Positions 15,031 through 31,129 of a DNA stretch of 64,000 bases are shown one piece after another. Origin of the DNA: the human T2T-CHM13v2.0 reference genome, Homo sapiens. The stretch lies in NCBI RefSeq assembly GCF_009914755.1, contig NC_060925.1. One strand, given 5' to 3'. Numbering within the stretch: position 1 is the stretch's first letter; each line of letters opens with the position of its first letter. The position numbers and the translations under genes are program-made. The notes beneath the pieces were generated by a model. That model saw nothing but the letters and a program-made list of their open reading frames with translations, was not told the origin of the DNA and did not search any database.

Positions 15031-15349
15031 GCACTAAATCCTGTGGTTTTAACTTCAATTTTTTGGGGGGAAAAGCCCCAGTTTCAAATTCTACCTTTGC
15101 CAAATCTAAATCCAATATGGATTTGGATAAGCCTCACTTTTCTCAGCTGTAAAAAATTCCAATAGTTTCTGCCATGCATAGCTCACAGAGTATGGAGCCA
15201 ATGAAATAGCGTACATGAATGAAATATTATTTATAATTTATATATTATGAACACTGGCCTCAATAACAAGAATCTCTCTGTTCTTAGATAGATATATCCA
15301 AGTGTCTTAACCTAAGGACATAAATAATACCATATATTTAAGTAGTCTT

Positions 15350-18300
15350 TTTTTAAACCTTTAAATTATAAAGTATAAGGTATTTTAAAAAGTACATAAA
15401 ACATAAATGTTCCATTGAATGAGTATTATAAAGTTGTGTCATTATCACCCATGTTAAGTAACTGAACATTCCTAGCATCCCAGAGCCCTGGATTACAGTA
15501 CCCTCCCTCCTCATAAAGTTAACCACTATTCTGACCTTTATGGTAATTACTTCCTTGTTTACTACCCAATTATACATTCCTTAAACACCATAATTTAGTT
15601 TTGCCTGTTTTTGATTTTTCAATAAATGGACACAATATATATTCCTTTGTATCTGGCTTATTTTGCTTAACTTTATGTTTGAAACTAACCCATCTTGCTA
15701 TATGTGTAGGTGCAGTTTGTTCATTTTCAATGTTGTATAATATTCCATTGTATGAATACTAGAAAAAATGTGCCCATTCTTTCATGGACATTTGGGTTGT
15801 TTCCAATTTTTAGCTATTATGAGTAAATGCTACTGTAATCATTCTAATAAGGGTCTTATGCACATGTGCACACATCTCTGCTGAGAATTTACAGGGAGAG
15901 TAGCTGTAAAAGGGTAGGCTTTAGATGTAACACCAAACTGTAAAAGGTACCAACTTTCACTTTACAAGCAGGGTAAGAGAGTTCCTATTACTCTATGTTC
16001 TCATCAACACTTGTGATGGATATGCAGTGATTCTGACATTTTGCATTTCCCTGATTATTAGCTTAAACACTTTTTCAAATGTTTATTGGTCCTCGTTTTT
16101 CAATTATCTTCCCCATTTTTCTATTGTGTGGTCTGCTTTTTTCTTTGAAATTGGTAGGAGTTATTATATAATCTTGTAAGAATTTTTTACAGATTATATG
16201 GGTTGCAAACACTTCCTTCCATCCTGTGGCTTGCTTTTCCACCTCTTAATGGGGTCTTCTGATGAACATATGTTTTTAATTTTAATATAATCTTTTCACT
16301 TGTTATTAAAATTTTTTGGTTCTATTAATCTTTGCATACCTCAAGGTCATGAAAATATTCCCCTGTATTATCTTCTGAAATCTTTATGCAGTTTTACCTT
16401 TCACATCTACATACTAATTTCATCTGGAAATGGTTTTCATTTATGGTGTAGGTAAAGTTAAGTTTCTTTTTTATTATTTGGAAATACAATTGTCCTAGAA
16501 CCATTGTTTAAACAAACTTCCTTTTCCTATTTGTCATAAATCAGGTGTACACCACTTTTGTCATAAATCAAGTCTCCAGGTAGGCCTGGGTTGGTTTATG
16601 GTTTTTCTGAATGGTTCCAATGGTCTATTTGTCTATCCTTTTTGCCAATATTATACTATCTTAAATTACTTTAGCTTTATTGTAAGTCTTGAGACACTGT
16701 AGTTACTAAATCCTATGATGTTATATTGCTCTATTTCAAGATTGTCTTACTTATTCTTGGTCCTTTGCTTTTGTGTATAGTGATAGAACAAACTTTGGTC
16801 AAATTCTTCTCCCCGCCAAAAATAAAAAATAAACATTTGTTGAGATTTATAGTAGAATTACATTGAATTTACAGATGTAGGAAATTATTTGAGAAGAACT
16901 GACATATCAATAATATTGAGTGCAATGATGAATAAGACATACTTTTCCATTTTTTACATTTTCCTGCATAAAGGTCATATACATTTCTTGCGACATTTAT
17001 TCCTAAGTATTAGATATTCTTTCATGCTTTTGAAAAAATATTTAAAATTTTATATCTCAGATATTTGTTGTTGATAAAGAAAAGTGTAATTGATTTTCCT
17101 ATATTGACTTTGATTTATATGATTTCATCAAAATTGTTAAATTCACTTTATAATTTATCATAGATTTATTTACATTTGTATGAATACAATCATATCCACT
17201 TACTGAGTTTAGTTCTTTCTTTCAAACCTAATGCCTTTTATTTCTTTTGTCTCATTAAACTAGCTAAGACCGCTAATACAATGCTGGATAGAAGTGGTGA
17301 TCACAGACAGTCTTGTTACTCATTTGAAAGGGAAAGCCTTCAGTGTCTCAACACTAGGTATGTTTGTTGTAAGTTTTTCTTAGTTATCCTCATCAAACTG
17401 GAAAATTTATCTTTTCTGTCTAGCTACTAAGCACTTTTTAAAGCATGAATGCATATTGAATTCTATCAAGATTTTTATCTCTATCTTTTGAAATTACCTT
17501 TTATGCTATTACTGTAGCAAATTACACTCATCACTTTTTAAAGTTATTCCATCCTTACATTGAGGCAATAGGCAGAAGTTGGTCATGATATATTATCCTA
17601 TTTAAACTTTCTGGGTTCATCTTCCTAATATTTGGTTTAGGAGTTTTGCATCTATGTTTAGGAGTGCAATTGAACTGTTATTTTCCTTTGCCATAATGTC
17701 TTGGTCAGGTTTTGGTATCAAAAGTATGGTAGTCTAGAACAAGTTGAAGAGTGTTCGCTCCTTTGCTGTTCTCTGGGTGGGTCTGATAGAATTGGCCAGT
17801 GATGCCATCTACAGCTGGAGTTATCTTTGTGGAAGGGCTCTTAATAATTGATTTAATTTTTTCAGTAGTTATGACTATTTAGGACTTTCTATTTCTTCTT
17901 TTGTTTGGTAGTATGTGTTTTTCTAGGAATTTGTTAACACCAATGAAATTACTACATTTACCAGCATGAAATTGTTCGTAACATTTCCTTATCAAGTTGT
18001 AAATATTTGTAGAATCTGTAGTAACGTCTCCCTTTTCCTTCTTGATATTAGCTATTTCTCCATTTTATATTCTTTATCAGTCTCACCCGGTATTTACCAA
18101 TTTTATTAGTATTTTCTAAAATCTGCTTTTGGCTGTGTTTATCTTCTTTCTTCTATGTTTGTTTCATTATGTCATTAATTTCTTCTATTTTTATTATTTT
18201 TTTCTGTATTCTTTGGGCTTATTTAAATGTTATTTTGTTACCTCTAAAAATGGTTGCTTAGATTTAATGTTTGCCTTTCCTTTTTCCTAATATATTCATT

Positions 18301-18790
18301 TAAATCTATAAATATCCCTATATTACTGATTTAGCCATATTCTACAAGTTTCATTTCTAATATTTTTGTTATCACTTAGTTCAAAATCTTTTCTTATGTC
18401 CATTATAATCTCTTATTTGATTCGTGGATTATTTAAAAGTATACTTTTTGACTATATTTTTCTATTGTTTTCCAGCTTAAAGGCATTTGGTCAGAAAAAG
18501 TTCTCTGTATAATTTCAATCTTCTGAAATTCTGTGAAATTTGGGTTTGTTTTTTTTTTTATTCCACTATATGGTTGATTTTCTAAAATTTCCCATCGTGC
18601 CTGGTGTACTGAATTCTAAAGTTAATACATTTACTTCTATATATGACAGTTAAGTCTGTTAATTTTGTTGTTAAAAAATTTATATCTTTACTGAGTTTTT
18701 TCTGAGAAATGATTATTAAATCTTCCTCTATGGTTGTAAATTTATTTCCTTTTTGTTTCTGTCAACTTTTGCTTTGCAAACCATCCCGAG
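15350..18790 (-). mobile_element. Old L1 (L1ME/L1MD-like), degraded ORF2/3'UTR
   Basis: Long T-rich block with L1M motifs (ggacatttgggttgtttcca, ttttgcatctatgtt, ggttttggtatca). Confidence 0.75.
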
Positions 18791-20999
18791 CACTGTTACT
18801 CCTAGGAATCTAGAGTGTTGACAACAGCCAGCATCTTTGGCAGGCCCTGAACTCCTATTTTATCCCCTAGGCCCACACAACTGTCAAAAGCACTGCTCAG
18901 CACTAACAAATACTCACTAACAGGTACTGGGTTAGCAAGTACTTTCGAGTAAATGTGATATTTTGTACAGCTTTTCTAGTTATCATCAGAGGCAGGATTT
19001 ATCCAAATATTTAATGTTCTATTACCAAAAGCAGAAGTGCTAACTTGGTGGTTTTTAAAATGTTTTTTAGCTATGGAACCCCTTGTGAAATGAGCTTATA
19101 TGAAAGCTCAGTACATGAAAGGTAGAAACCCAAAAATGTCTTTTCCTTTGGTATGCATATTATTATTTTTTTCTGAGAGTGCAAAGTTGAAGGCCACTCT
19201 CTTCCATGTGATAGATGCCATATACTCTTTAAATCCTCTTAAGAAATATCCTGTAGATCTTTGGTAAAGATAAACCTGGTCCCCAAACCTGTCTGCTGTT
19301 AGCTCTATTTTCTATCTGTTTTAATTTTATAAATAAATTAACCAAATATGAATCACCTCATAAATTATTTAGGTATACTTCATAAGTTATTTCTATCAGG
19401 TACATTTACATTTATTTATAAATGCTATAAATATATATTCATGTTTATATTACCAAGTATACTTCATAAATAAAATGTGTCAATCTATTAATAAATATTA
19501 AGTGACTTCTACATTTAAGTAAAATGCTAAAGAGTCCGTTTCTTACCTATGAGGAAAAGAAATATGGCCACTTTTTACATATTGTTAAATTAATGTGACA
19601 TTGACTTGAGTTTTAATAGCTAGATATTAGGGAGAAATGTTTACTTCTCTTCACTCCTTGTGTTCCAATGTAGAAGAATTTCCACTACTGTGAACTTCCT
19701 GGCCTCTTACCAGAACCAAATTATCTGATTTGAGGATTTAAAAGAAGGAAACAGGCATGCTTGGCTCAGCCTCTGTCTTTCTGGCTCTGCCTTTCTGCAG
19801 TGAGGATGCATCTTTTCTTGCTCACCTGCCAATGCTAAAAGAAGACTTTATGGGCTAGTGATATGGAAGGTTTGTGTTGATTCTGATCTGCCTTTGACTG
19901 GATGGATAAGTTGAATTCCATAATTCAGTATTAGAAAACTCACTTGGCTCACAGCTACACCATGTCCCCTAATGTAACTTTTATCAGCAATAGCACTATA
20001 GAGTAACAAAGTAACAGATGATGACCATATGTCTGACTCTAGTATTTCTCTATCAAATGGTTCTGAGCTTGGGCAGGAATGAAAATGTATTTACTGACAT
20101 CTCAAAATGATTATAATCACAATACTGGGCCATCCTGACCATTTATCAGAAGTCCAGAAGTCAAGATTCCGTGGTCGGAAATCTCTTTTGACCACCAGCA
20201 GAAGAAAATAAAAAAGTCTGAAGCAACTGTAAAACATACCTTTTTCCTCCAACGTAACCAAGAAGACTCGTCCTACTTTGTGTACCCACAAAAGCTACAA
20301 GATCCATCAACAGAAATTAGTTTATGAAATCTAGAATTGTGGGAATGACATTAAAGAGTCTCAGTGAATTACTTCTTAGATTGAAATTTAAGATTTTCCT
20401 GACCATGCTCCCAGAGTATCACCCCTTAACAAGAAGGCTCTTCATTTATATGGTATGATGTCCAAAAAATGGCTATCATTCTTTTAAATCATATAAAAGT
20501 ATTAATGAAAGTATTAAAAGTTTTATTTCAATAATTTGCTTCAGTGAAACCATTAAAACTGTAGAATATAACTTTGATATTTAAATATTTTAAATATTAA
20601 TGGTTACCTTTACCACTGCTATTATTGTGATCAACCAGCTTCTATTTGTAGAAGAGTTAAAAGAGGTTAAATGTCTTGCAATGCAATGACATAAATGTCA
20701 TGCAACACTACAATGACAGAATCTAAGACAAACAAAAATTTAAAATATTTCTCTTAATACTTTCTATTAAAAATATTCTGAGCCATTCTGCTGTTACAGG
20801 ACACATTTGTAATAAAGTTCATTTTATTATACTCCCCAAGTTTTTTAAACAAACAGATCAATTTCTAGGTGTTTTTAACAAAAGAAAATCCGAGCTATCG
20901 TGGTTCCATTTTCCTCATTGTTTATTCAACTATTCACTGACTTTTTGAGTATCACTTAGTGTTTCAAAGTCATGGCTTAATTTCTTCTATCCTGAATAG

Positions 21000-22620
<1,621 letters not shown>

Positions 22621-23309
22621 ATAAAACAATAAAAATATAATTACCTGTAATCTCACTTTCTGTCAAAAAAAAAATACTAAAACTAAAGTTATATTATTCA
22701 TCTCTATTTCTAATGAGAACTACAGTTGTCTTGAGAAATGCTAAAAGGTACTTTCTTTACTCTGTGTTTCTGCAGCTTAAAAACAATATTGCTTTTCATG
22801 CTTTTTGGAAAACTATTTTAACTGGATATTTATGAAACTCATTTTTCAAATAGAACTTGACAAAACTTTACCTCCTACATATTTGGTAATGAAAGGAATA
22901 GCAGAGGCAAATTGAACAATAAAAATGAAACCAAAGGTATCTTCCCAACTGTATAGTAGGCTCAAGGGTAAATGTTGAAATATCTCTATTGGAGAACAGA
23001 AGTTAAATATATTACCACATTTTTGGATGCTCTTGCTCTGGACTTTTGAAAGTGAAGGTATATAAGTCAAATAACTTCATTTCCAAGTATGTTTTATCAC
23101 CTTTAGGTTCGTGATTGCTGTCCTTGTTCAGTCCCTTAAAGGTAAATACTGTACTAATTAAAAATATTTTGCAGATAATAGCATGTATGAACTTTCAGTC
23201 TTTAGCTTTTTCTCTAGTCACATAAACAAAAAAACACTGTCAATTTCAAACTGTGTTTTAGCATTACTTTACATAAAACTCTCAAGGGTTAGAGAATGTG
23301 AACAAGTAC

Positions 23310-23483
23310 CTGGAATTACCCCAGTCAGGACCAATGCCTGAAAGTGATCCTCTTTTGTCAGTTGCATATTTGTAAACCACTAGCAGGCACTGTTTACAAA
23401 GCTCCACTAGGCGCTGGCAACACTGGAGCTGCAAAGGAGTCACCACCTCCGGGCTTTTATTGAATATACTCTCCCAAGAGGAT
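23310..23483 (-). CDS. TTLL7: TTLL7 exon 20 SSWESIFNKSPEVVTPLQLQCCQRLVELCKQCLLVVYKYATDKRGSLSGIGPDWGNS(R)
   Basis: ccaacag|ATCC acceptor, CAG|gtactt donor, 174 nt, phase 2 to 2. Confidence 0.96.
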
Positions 23484-23749
23484 CTGTTGGCATGGAAACA
23501 GACATGATCTCATGTTGGCTGTTAAAAATGACAACCAGCTATATATCACTTCCCTAGCAACAAACCAATAAGGGAAATAGAAATGGTCTCATACATTTGC
23601 AATAACTATGAATGGTTTAAAGATATATAATAAATACAAATCAGGAAATTAATCTTTATATTAAAGAAATACAACATCAAATACATATACTATTTGTCCG
23701 TGTGTGTGTTTGTGCATGTGGGTGTGTGTTTGTATGTGAGAGAGAGAGT

Positions 23750-23901
23750 GTGTCTCACTATGTTGCCCAGACTGGAGTACAGTGGCTATTCACAGGCACA
23801 ATCATGATGCACTACAGCCTCGAACTCCTGGCCTCAAGTGATCCTCCCTCATTTTAGCCTTGAAGTAGCTGGGACTACAGGCATGTGCCACCATGCCCAG
23901 C
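23750..23901 (-). mobile_element. FAM (fossil Alu monomer) with TG/GA-rich tail
   Basis: Monomer retaining the 7SL-like GCCTGTGAATAGCCACTG segment. Confidence 0.8.
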
Positions 23902-24977
23902 ACTATTAGTCCTTAAAGCTTTTAAAGCTGCCAACTTTGGATGGCTAATAGGATAGTCTTCCAACACCTCTTAAAAAATGGAGTTACTCTATATTAAGGT
24001 ATTTGTAAAATACTGAGCTAATTTCTCAAAAATTAAGTATTCTTGGAATTTAGGCTTTCTCGGAATCTGTATTTACCTTAAGAATGAATGATCCCTTGAA
24101 ATGACTAAAAAGTTGCTGAAACAATTGTTGACCTCTCTTCACTAGGAGAATTTAGGTTAATACCTTATTGTGACCATCCCTTTCAAAACACTTTCAGACA
24201 TAACTATATCCATGATATTCCTAGAGCACAGGTTCTGTGTGCTAGAAGTAATGCTATCTTAACAAGTACTACCCTACTGCAATCCCAGAAGCAGTATGCC
24301 TTCTCCTTCATTGAACTCAGCTTATTCCAAAGCAGGTAATGGTGCATACTTCCTTGGTAAACTTCAATTTTGTGTGGGGGGTGTGTGTGTATGTGTGTGT
24401 GTGTTAACAATTCCTAAGTTTACCATCATGGCATCATGGTTTATATCAGGAAACACCTCACTACTCCACCAGTAGGGAGGGAGGGAGAGAGAGAGAGAGA
24501 GAGGGAGAGAGAGAGAGAGATTTATTCCTCAGACTTATTCCTTGAAACTCTTCAAGCCTCCAGGGGAAATTTTGGTTTGAGACTTGGTAATGATTCACAT
24601 CTCATTTTGCATAAACCAATTCACATAACCCTCAGAGAGAAAAGCACAGGAAAAAGTATTCAGGACAATATTTTCCTGGAAGTAAACTTACCAATGGGAA
24701 ACACAAAGACTCCACTTTCAACCTTCTGTGGATATTTGATATATTTTGAATTCTTAAAAAAATGCCTTAGAAATAGAAATGTATTTTTTCTAGAAAAGCT
24801 ACTGTTTATTTTTTCAGAGAAATGTGGCCCCAAATAGACAGCATGCCATCAATGAATGACAGGTTTTCTTAAAGGGAGTAAGACTGAAATGAGTTAATTG
24901 AAAGAAACAAATTTTCTTCAGTGTTCTGAAATGTTCAGGACTAAATATAATAGGCTTTTAAAATACTGGTGTTTTTT

Positions 24978-25240
24978 CCAAACACTGCATGTTCTCACTC
25001 ATAGGTGGGAATTGAACAATGAGAACACATGGACACAGGAAGGGGAACATCGCACTCTGGGGACTGTTGTGGGGTGGGGGGAGGGGGGAGGGATAGCATT
25101 GGGAGATATACCTAATGCTAAATGACGAGTTAATGGGTGCAGCACACCAGCATGGCACATGTATACATGTGTAACTAACCTGCACATTGTGCACATGTAC
25201 CCTAAAACTTAAAGTATAATAATAATAAAATAAAATAAAA
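24978..25240 (+). mobile_element. Short L1PA2/3-like 3' end
   Basis: L1 3'UTR plus tail; TSD AAAATACTGG(T/G)GTTTTTT at 24960-24977 and 25237-25254. Confidence 0.93.
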
Positions 25241-28064
25241 TACTGGGGTTTTTTAATTGGCAAAGGAATGAAAATTATTTTTATTTAAGAAACAGTAATT
25301 CGACGGTTAAATTAACTGTAAAAACAAAATTTAAATTATTGCTAAATGGAAGAAAAACTAGATATGACACATACGTGTTTATCAAGATTTATAGATGTAG
25401 ATAGAGATATAAATCTACTTACCTAATTTGATTTTAAAAAGCTGGAAAAATTAATTAGGGAATATGTTTATAATTAGTATACTTTGATTTAGCAGACCCT
25501 ATAAAATTTCATATACATGTGAATATATACAAAAAAAATCCTGTGTTTTGACTGTCTGCCTGGCACTTTTCTTTCTGCTGGGATTTTGGGTATGTCTATA
25601 AAAGTCTACCTCCATCACCACCCTCTACTCTTAACTTGGATATATTTATTTCTTCATACTCTGGAGCTATTTGATCAGATCAACTATCAGATCACTCATA
25701 TTATGGTAATTTTTCTTTAGAGGTAGGGAAAGAACAAATAAAATGGAAGAAAGTTAAAAGGGCTTCTTCTGTAACACTCTAATCTGATGTAACTTCTTGA
25801 ATAATATGTGAGTTATAATATGGCCAGCTTTGGCTTCTCACTCTCTCATTCTCCCTTAAATATTTAAAATAAATATATGAATCAAGGTCCTATACATATT
25901 TAGTTCTGGTGTGTATATTTACCACTACTAGCCAAGAGTAAATTCTACTCTATATATTAATCCATATTTAGGTGTCAGCATACCAAAATACTCAAGAAAA
26001 TGAAAGCAACCTGCTTCATCTGGCCCTAGGGCAGTGGGTGCCCCCTCTACACAAAGGAAAACTGAGTACAGAACTGTATCCCCTACTCCTACCTGCCACC
26101 TGGCATAGCTGAGTAGTTGTGAAATGCCTCTATAATACTACAGTATTTCAACTTTCAACACTAGCAACACAAAGTTTTTTTAAAAGGTGAAGGGAGGTAA
26201 AAATAGTTAAAATACCAGTGCTTTTATCAAAGAACCCCAGGTCTCATCTACCTGCTTTTTGAACCTAAATTCCAAGGAAATAGGGTCACCAAAATCCATG
26301 AATTCAAAAGGAAAAATTAAATGATTAAAAAGTTCTTTCTGGCTCTCCCTAATCCTCACAGCAATATAAAAGGAAAACACTTTAAATGACTTTTTTAAGT
26401 AATATCACATTAAGACAGAATACTGAATATCTCTGGCAACAAAGGAGAGTTATTCATGAAATCCAGAGACTTAGAAATCCTCACATTATCCAGTAATCCA
26501 ATAATTTTCACCCACTTTCTCATCAAAACATTTCATAAAGCAGTTATCTAAAGAGTGAAACTGATTCATTCCTTTCTCTACTGGTACAAGTCCTGACTGA
26601 GTAGCCCAAAGTTAAGTAGCAGAAAGGAGAAAGGAAAAGTTGTGGTAGGGGTCCCTAGAATTGGCCCAGGGGTTTTACTGGATGCATCAAACAGAAAACA
26701 CCCTTGTCCTTCTCTTTTCCTCTTCCAGGCTGCTGAAGTTTATACATACCAACACAGTAATCACCAACAGAAAGATTAATGACCTAAAAAGTATAACAAC
26801 ACATCCAATTGAAAGTGATATGAAAACAGGGAGATTCACATCATTTTAAGTAGTCTATATATTATGCATACCTTTTCAAGTAGGCATAATCCAGCCTAGA
26901 AATAGACTACGCCTTAGAATATTCCTTAAAATTTCTTCTTGCCCTAAGATTCTAAAAGAAAAGCTTTTACATGACAAACCCCAACAGGAAAATACTTTGG
27001 CTGGGGAATCCAGGCCAGATTCTCTTCTTTAGGGTTTACATATTGGATTTTGAGTGGAGATGGGGCTTTCCCAAACCATGCATTCCTTCTCCCATATGAC
27101 CCTGGCTCCTCTCTTGGCTTTACCTCACAAACTCCTATTCTTCCTTTAACTCTCACCTGAAATGCCACTTCCCATAGCCACCATTCTCCAGCTCTCAGGC
27201 CTAAGTTTGAGTCCCATAGAACCTCAGACTTCCTCTATCCCAGTAAAACATGGTAGATAATTTTATTTATGGAAATTCCAAGAGCTATTTCCCTAAAGTA
27301 AACATATTCCAAATGTGGGCATCATAACATTCCCAGGAGGCTGCATGTGATAAAACTGTTACTGGGCATGGGCATCAGCAGACTGGTAGAGGAAAAGAGA
27401 GGAACAAGGGTGTTTTCTGTTTGATACATCAGCAAAACCCCTTGGCCAACTCTAGGGAAACCTACCACAAAGATCTACATTACTCTGGTGTTTCTGGAGG
27501 TAGACAGGGGATGGTTTACTTACTTTGTTTTATTATTGGGAATGTTGACAGGCAAAGGCAAGAATCAAGGCCTTGGATTCTTGGATATAATCAAACACTT
27601 GGATTATATTTTTCTAAGATTTTACACGTAACTGTGAAAGAAAGTTGAACCTTATATTAAAATCATTCCTTAAAAACTGAGAAGAGTAGATTTTCACCAT
27701 GACCATTAGGCCTTCGGACCAAAGGTTAAAGGAGTATACATTGAGAAGGCATGATTCAAAGGATAAAGAAGAACTATTCTGGGTCCAAACTGAGAATCAA
27801 ACACACACAGTACTATGTGACTTCACTAAATTGAGGAAGCCTAAAAAACTCATTAATGCAAAATAAAATCCGATATTAAACTCACCTCTTTAAACTACTA
27901 AATTGAAAGAAGTAGATGAGATTGGAGTCAAATCGGTCTCAAAACTACTCCTGCCTCACCTGCACAGGCATAGTAGGCTAGGGATTTGGCTAATGCTATG
28001 GACTTGCAGTAAAACAAGCTTGGCAACCATTGGCAAATCTGCTTTGGGGAATGTCAATGAAGCA

Positions 28065-28290
28065 AAGAGTTAAGAGCTTGGGCTTCTGACTCAGATTACC
28101 TGGATTTAAATACAGGCTCATACAGTTACTATGGGAAATTGAGTAAATTATATACTCTGTTTATGCTTCAATTCCTCATCTGTAAATGACGGTAATAATT
28201 TACTCAAAATACTTTTTGTGGAGATTATACAAATATTTAATATGTAAAACAATGTCAGACATTTAGTAAACCTTCAATAAATACTACTTA
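28065..28290 (+). mobile_element. MIR
   Basis: gttaagagcttgggcttctga...ttcctcatctgtaaat. Confidence 0.7.
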
Positions 28291-29360
28291 CTATCCCTAT
28301 GATTACTAGTACTAATAGATACCACCAGAGAAACTGGCAGGCAGTATTGTGCCAAGGATAGGAGAAAAGGATTCTGAATCAAGTTAAAGTATGTTAGCAA
28401 AATAGTTCAGGAAAGAGGAACCCTAGAAGCAAGGAAGCACCACTTCATGGGTATCTTTAGGGTCTGGTGTTGGAGATTATCTATGGACTCAGAGCCACAG
28501 CATTGATTTCACTAACAGATTTTCTCATTGCTCTCCATGGTAGAGAGTATCTGGGATTCATATATAGCATCAAGCCAATGGATCAACCAACAGAAAAAAA
28601 ACATTTCCATTATAAATTCAGATTGGGAGAACTTTTACAGGGAGCCATCAACTAAGGGGCTGTGGAGTTCAAATGTTTCACTTAGGTCTCTGTAGAAATA
28701 ATAGCCCAAATTATTCTCAGATTTCAACACACCCAGAGCGCCTTATTAATTCTCCCTGTTGGTTAATGGCAGCTAAAAAAAAATGGTAAAAAGACTGAGT
28801 CTCCAAATGATATGAATGATTCTGTATCACATGGCTAGAATATTTAAATGGAGAATATTCTGAGATCATTTCAGAATAGAACAGTCTGTTAAGGTTTTAC
28901 AGAAGAGGTAGGTATAGTATGGGGCTTTACATTAGATTCAAATAATACAGAGGGTACAGAAGTTTGGGGTGGCAGAAAGCCATCTAATCAGATATTAAAT
29001 GACATCAACAGTTCAGAGGAAGAAAACGACAAATTTTTAAGAGATCTGAAAAACAATGAGTTTTTTCTGGAGCACAATTCAAGTAGGAGAGTAATGAGAA
29101 GGAAGACTGGGGAAATAAGAAGAAAACAGCATATTAGATAGCCTTGTATCTGTAGATAAGAAGTTTAAACTTAAATTATAAAGGAGGAAAATCACTACAG
29201 ATTTTAGGAAATGATTCTGACAGTAAGAAGGATATGAGAAACAAAAAACTGGAAACAAAAATGCCTAGAAATCTATTCATTTCACTTAGCTGTCTTACCA
29301 AAAAAAGGCTCTCTTTGTCTAAAATCCTGTCATACTTTATCTGTATCTCTTTTATAATGA

Positions 29361-29739
29361 TGTATTAGTCCATTCTCGCACTGCTAAAAAAGACATACCC
29401 AAGACTGGGTAATTTACAAAGGAAAGAGGTTTAATTGACTCATAGTTCAGCATGGCTGGGGAAGCCTCAAGAAACTTACAATCATGGCAGAAGGGGAAGC
29501 AAACATGTCCTTCTTCACATGGCGGCAGCAAGGAGAAGTGCCAAGTAAAAGGGGGAAAAGCCCCTTATAAAATCAACAGATCCCATAAGAATTCACTCAC
29601 TATCAAGAGAACAGCAGCATGGGGGTAACCATCCCCATGATTCAATTACCTCCCACCAGGTCCCTCCCATGACACGTGGGGATTATGGGAACTACAATTC
29701 AAGATGAGGTTTGGGTGGGGACACAGAGAAACCATATCA
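29361..29739 (-). mobile_element. THE1 solo LTR (MaLR, THE1C/D-like)
   Basis: Complete TG...CA LTR (TGATATGGTTT...ACTAATACA on the minus strand) with 5-bp TSD AATGA. Confidence 0.93.
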
Positions 29740-29794
29740 AATGATTTGCTTTGTATATATCATACTTTATCTGCTAGAGACATCAGAGTTTATA

Positions 29795-30010
29795 GGTTAA
29801 GAGCATAAACTCTGGAGTCAAGGCTAAATGAGTTCAAATCCCAGTTCCACTAGGTCCTTAGCACCTATCTGTGCCTCAGTTTCCTTATCTATAAAATAGA
29901 GATAATATAAAACCTGACTCAAATTGATGTTATGAGGATTAAATCACTTAACACATGTAAAGTGATTAGAACAATGCATCTCACACAATAAGTAATATGG
30001 TTAGTTATTA
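29795..30010 (+). mobile_element. MIR
   Basis: ggttaagagcataaactctggagtca...tgcctcagtttccttatctataaaat. Confidence 0.75.
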
Positions 30011-30667
30011 TCTGTGTCAGATTCAACACTGTACCTCCAAAAATATTAGCACAAAAGTAAGTACTTGATGATTGTTGAAAGTATGAATGGAAACAAGCTA
30101 GTTTAGCCATGTGGGAATGTGACAGAAAAATAATAGGATTTGGCAAATGACTGAATAAAGACAGTGAGGGAAAAGGAAGATGCAGATGCCCCTGTGATAT
30201 CCAACTTGTATGACTGAGAGAATAATAATAGGATTAAGGGAAGCCAAGAAAGGAAGCCATTTCCGAATAAAAGGACATGGAATGTTTGGTTTTAGATATC
30301 TTGAGGCTAAAATGACAATGAGTCACAGCAGCTTTAGCAGCACTAGGATTCTGGGGAGGAGGAGAAGTGTAGCCATAATTTTAGAAGGCGACTGCAGAAG
30401 AACTTCAAGGATATTGGTTTGTATTTTCTTTAATTAGGACTACCTTCTCTCCACCGAATTCAAATTAATTAGGTGGTGTTGTGTTCATATTCATCATCTT
30501 ATCTAAATCAGCTTAATTGATATAAATTATAGTTGAGTACTAAACATTACATGCAGTAAAAGAAATCCATATTTTAAAAGATCATTCAAGCATTTTATTA
30601 GGATATCTCTATAACTAAATAGTAAAATATTAAAAATGACGATAATAAAAGATGACTTAGAGCTTAC

Positions 30668-30828
30668 CCTGAATCACAGAAACAGTTCCACAGCCCTTGG
30701 CCACGACTCCAGAGTAAGCGATTAAAAACCCGGTTGAAAATCCGATATAAATTTACTTCTTCAACATCAGGCACCTTCCAGATGCGTGGAAGAACTGTAC
30801 GAATACTTGTTTTCACTATGTCCAAAAC
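30668..30828 (-). CDS. TTLL7: TTLL7 exon 19 VLDIVKTSIRTVLPRIWKVPDVEEVNLYRIFNRVFNRLLWSRGQGLWNCFCDS(G)
   Basis: ttccactag|GTTT acceptor, AGG|gtaagc donor, 161 nt, phase 0 to 2. Confidence 0.96.
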
Positions 30829-30894
30829 CTAGTGGAAAAACCAAAGTACTTACAATCTAGGAATGTATATCTGTGTCTAAAATTCAAAGATGTA

Positions 30895-31100
30895 GCTTGA
30901 GCTCAGGAGTTCCAGACCAGCCTGGGCAATATAGTGAGAACCTGTCTCTACAAAACTGTTTTAAAAATTAGCTTGGCATTATGGCCCACATCTGTAGTCC
31001 CAGCTACCTGGGAGGGTGGCTAAGATGTGAAGACTGCTTGAGCTCAAGTAGTCAAGGATGCAGTAAGCCATGATCAAAAGTAAAAGAAATAAAAATAAAA
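30895..31100 (+). mobile_element. Partial AluJ
   Basis: gcttgagctcaggagttccagaccagcctgggcaatatagtgaga...; degraded. Confidence 0.8.
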
Positions 31101-31129
31101 TTCAAAAAGGAACACACACACATGAACAA

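Noticed and set aside
23378-23415. CTCF-like CCACTAG motifs in exon 20
   Set aside because: Mismatches at core positions; explained by coding sequence.
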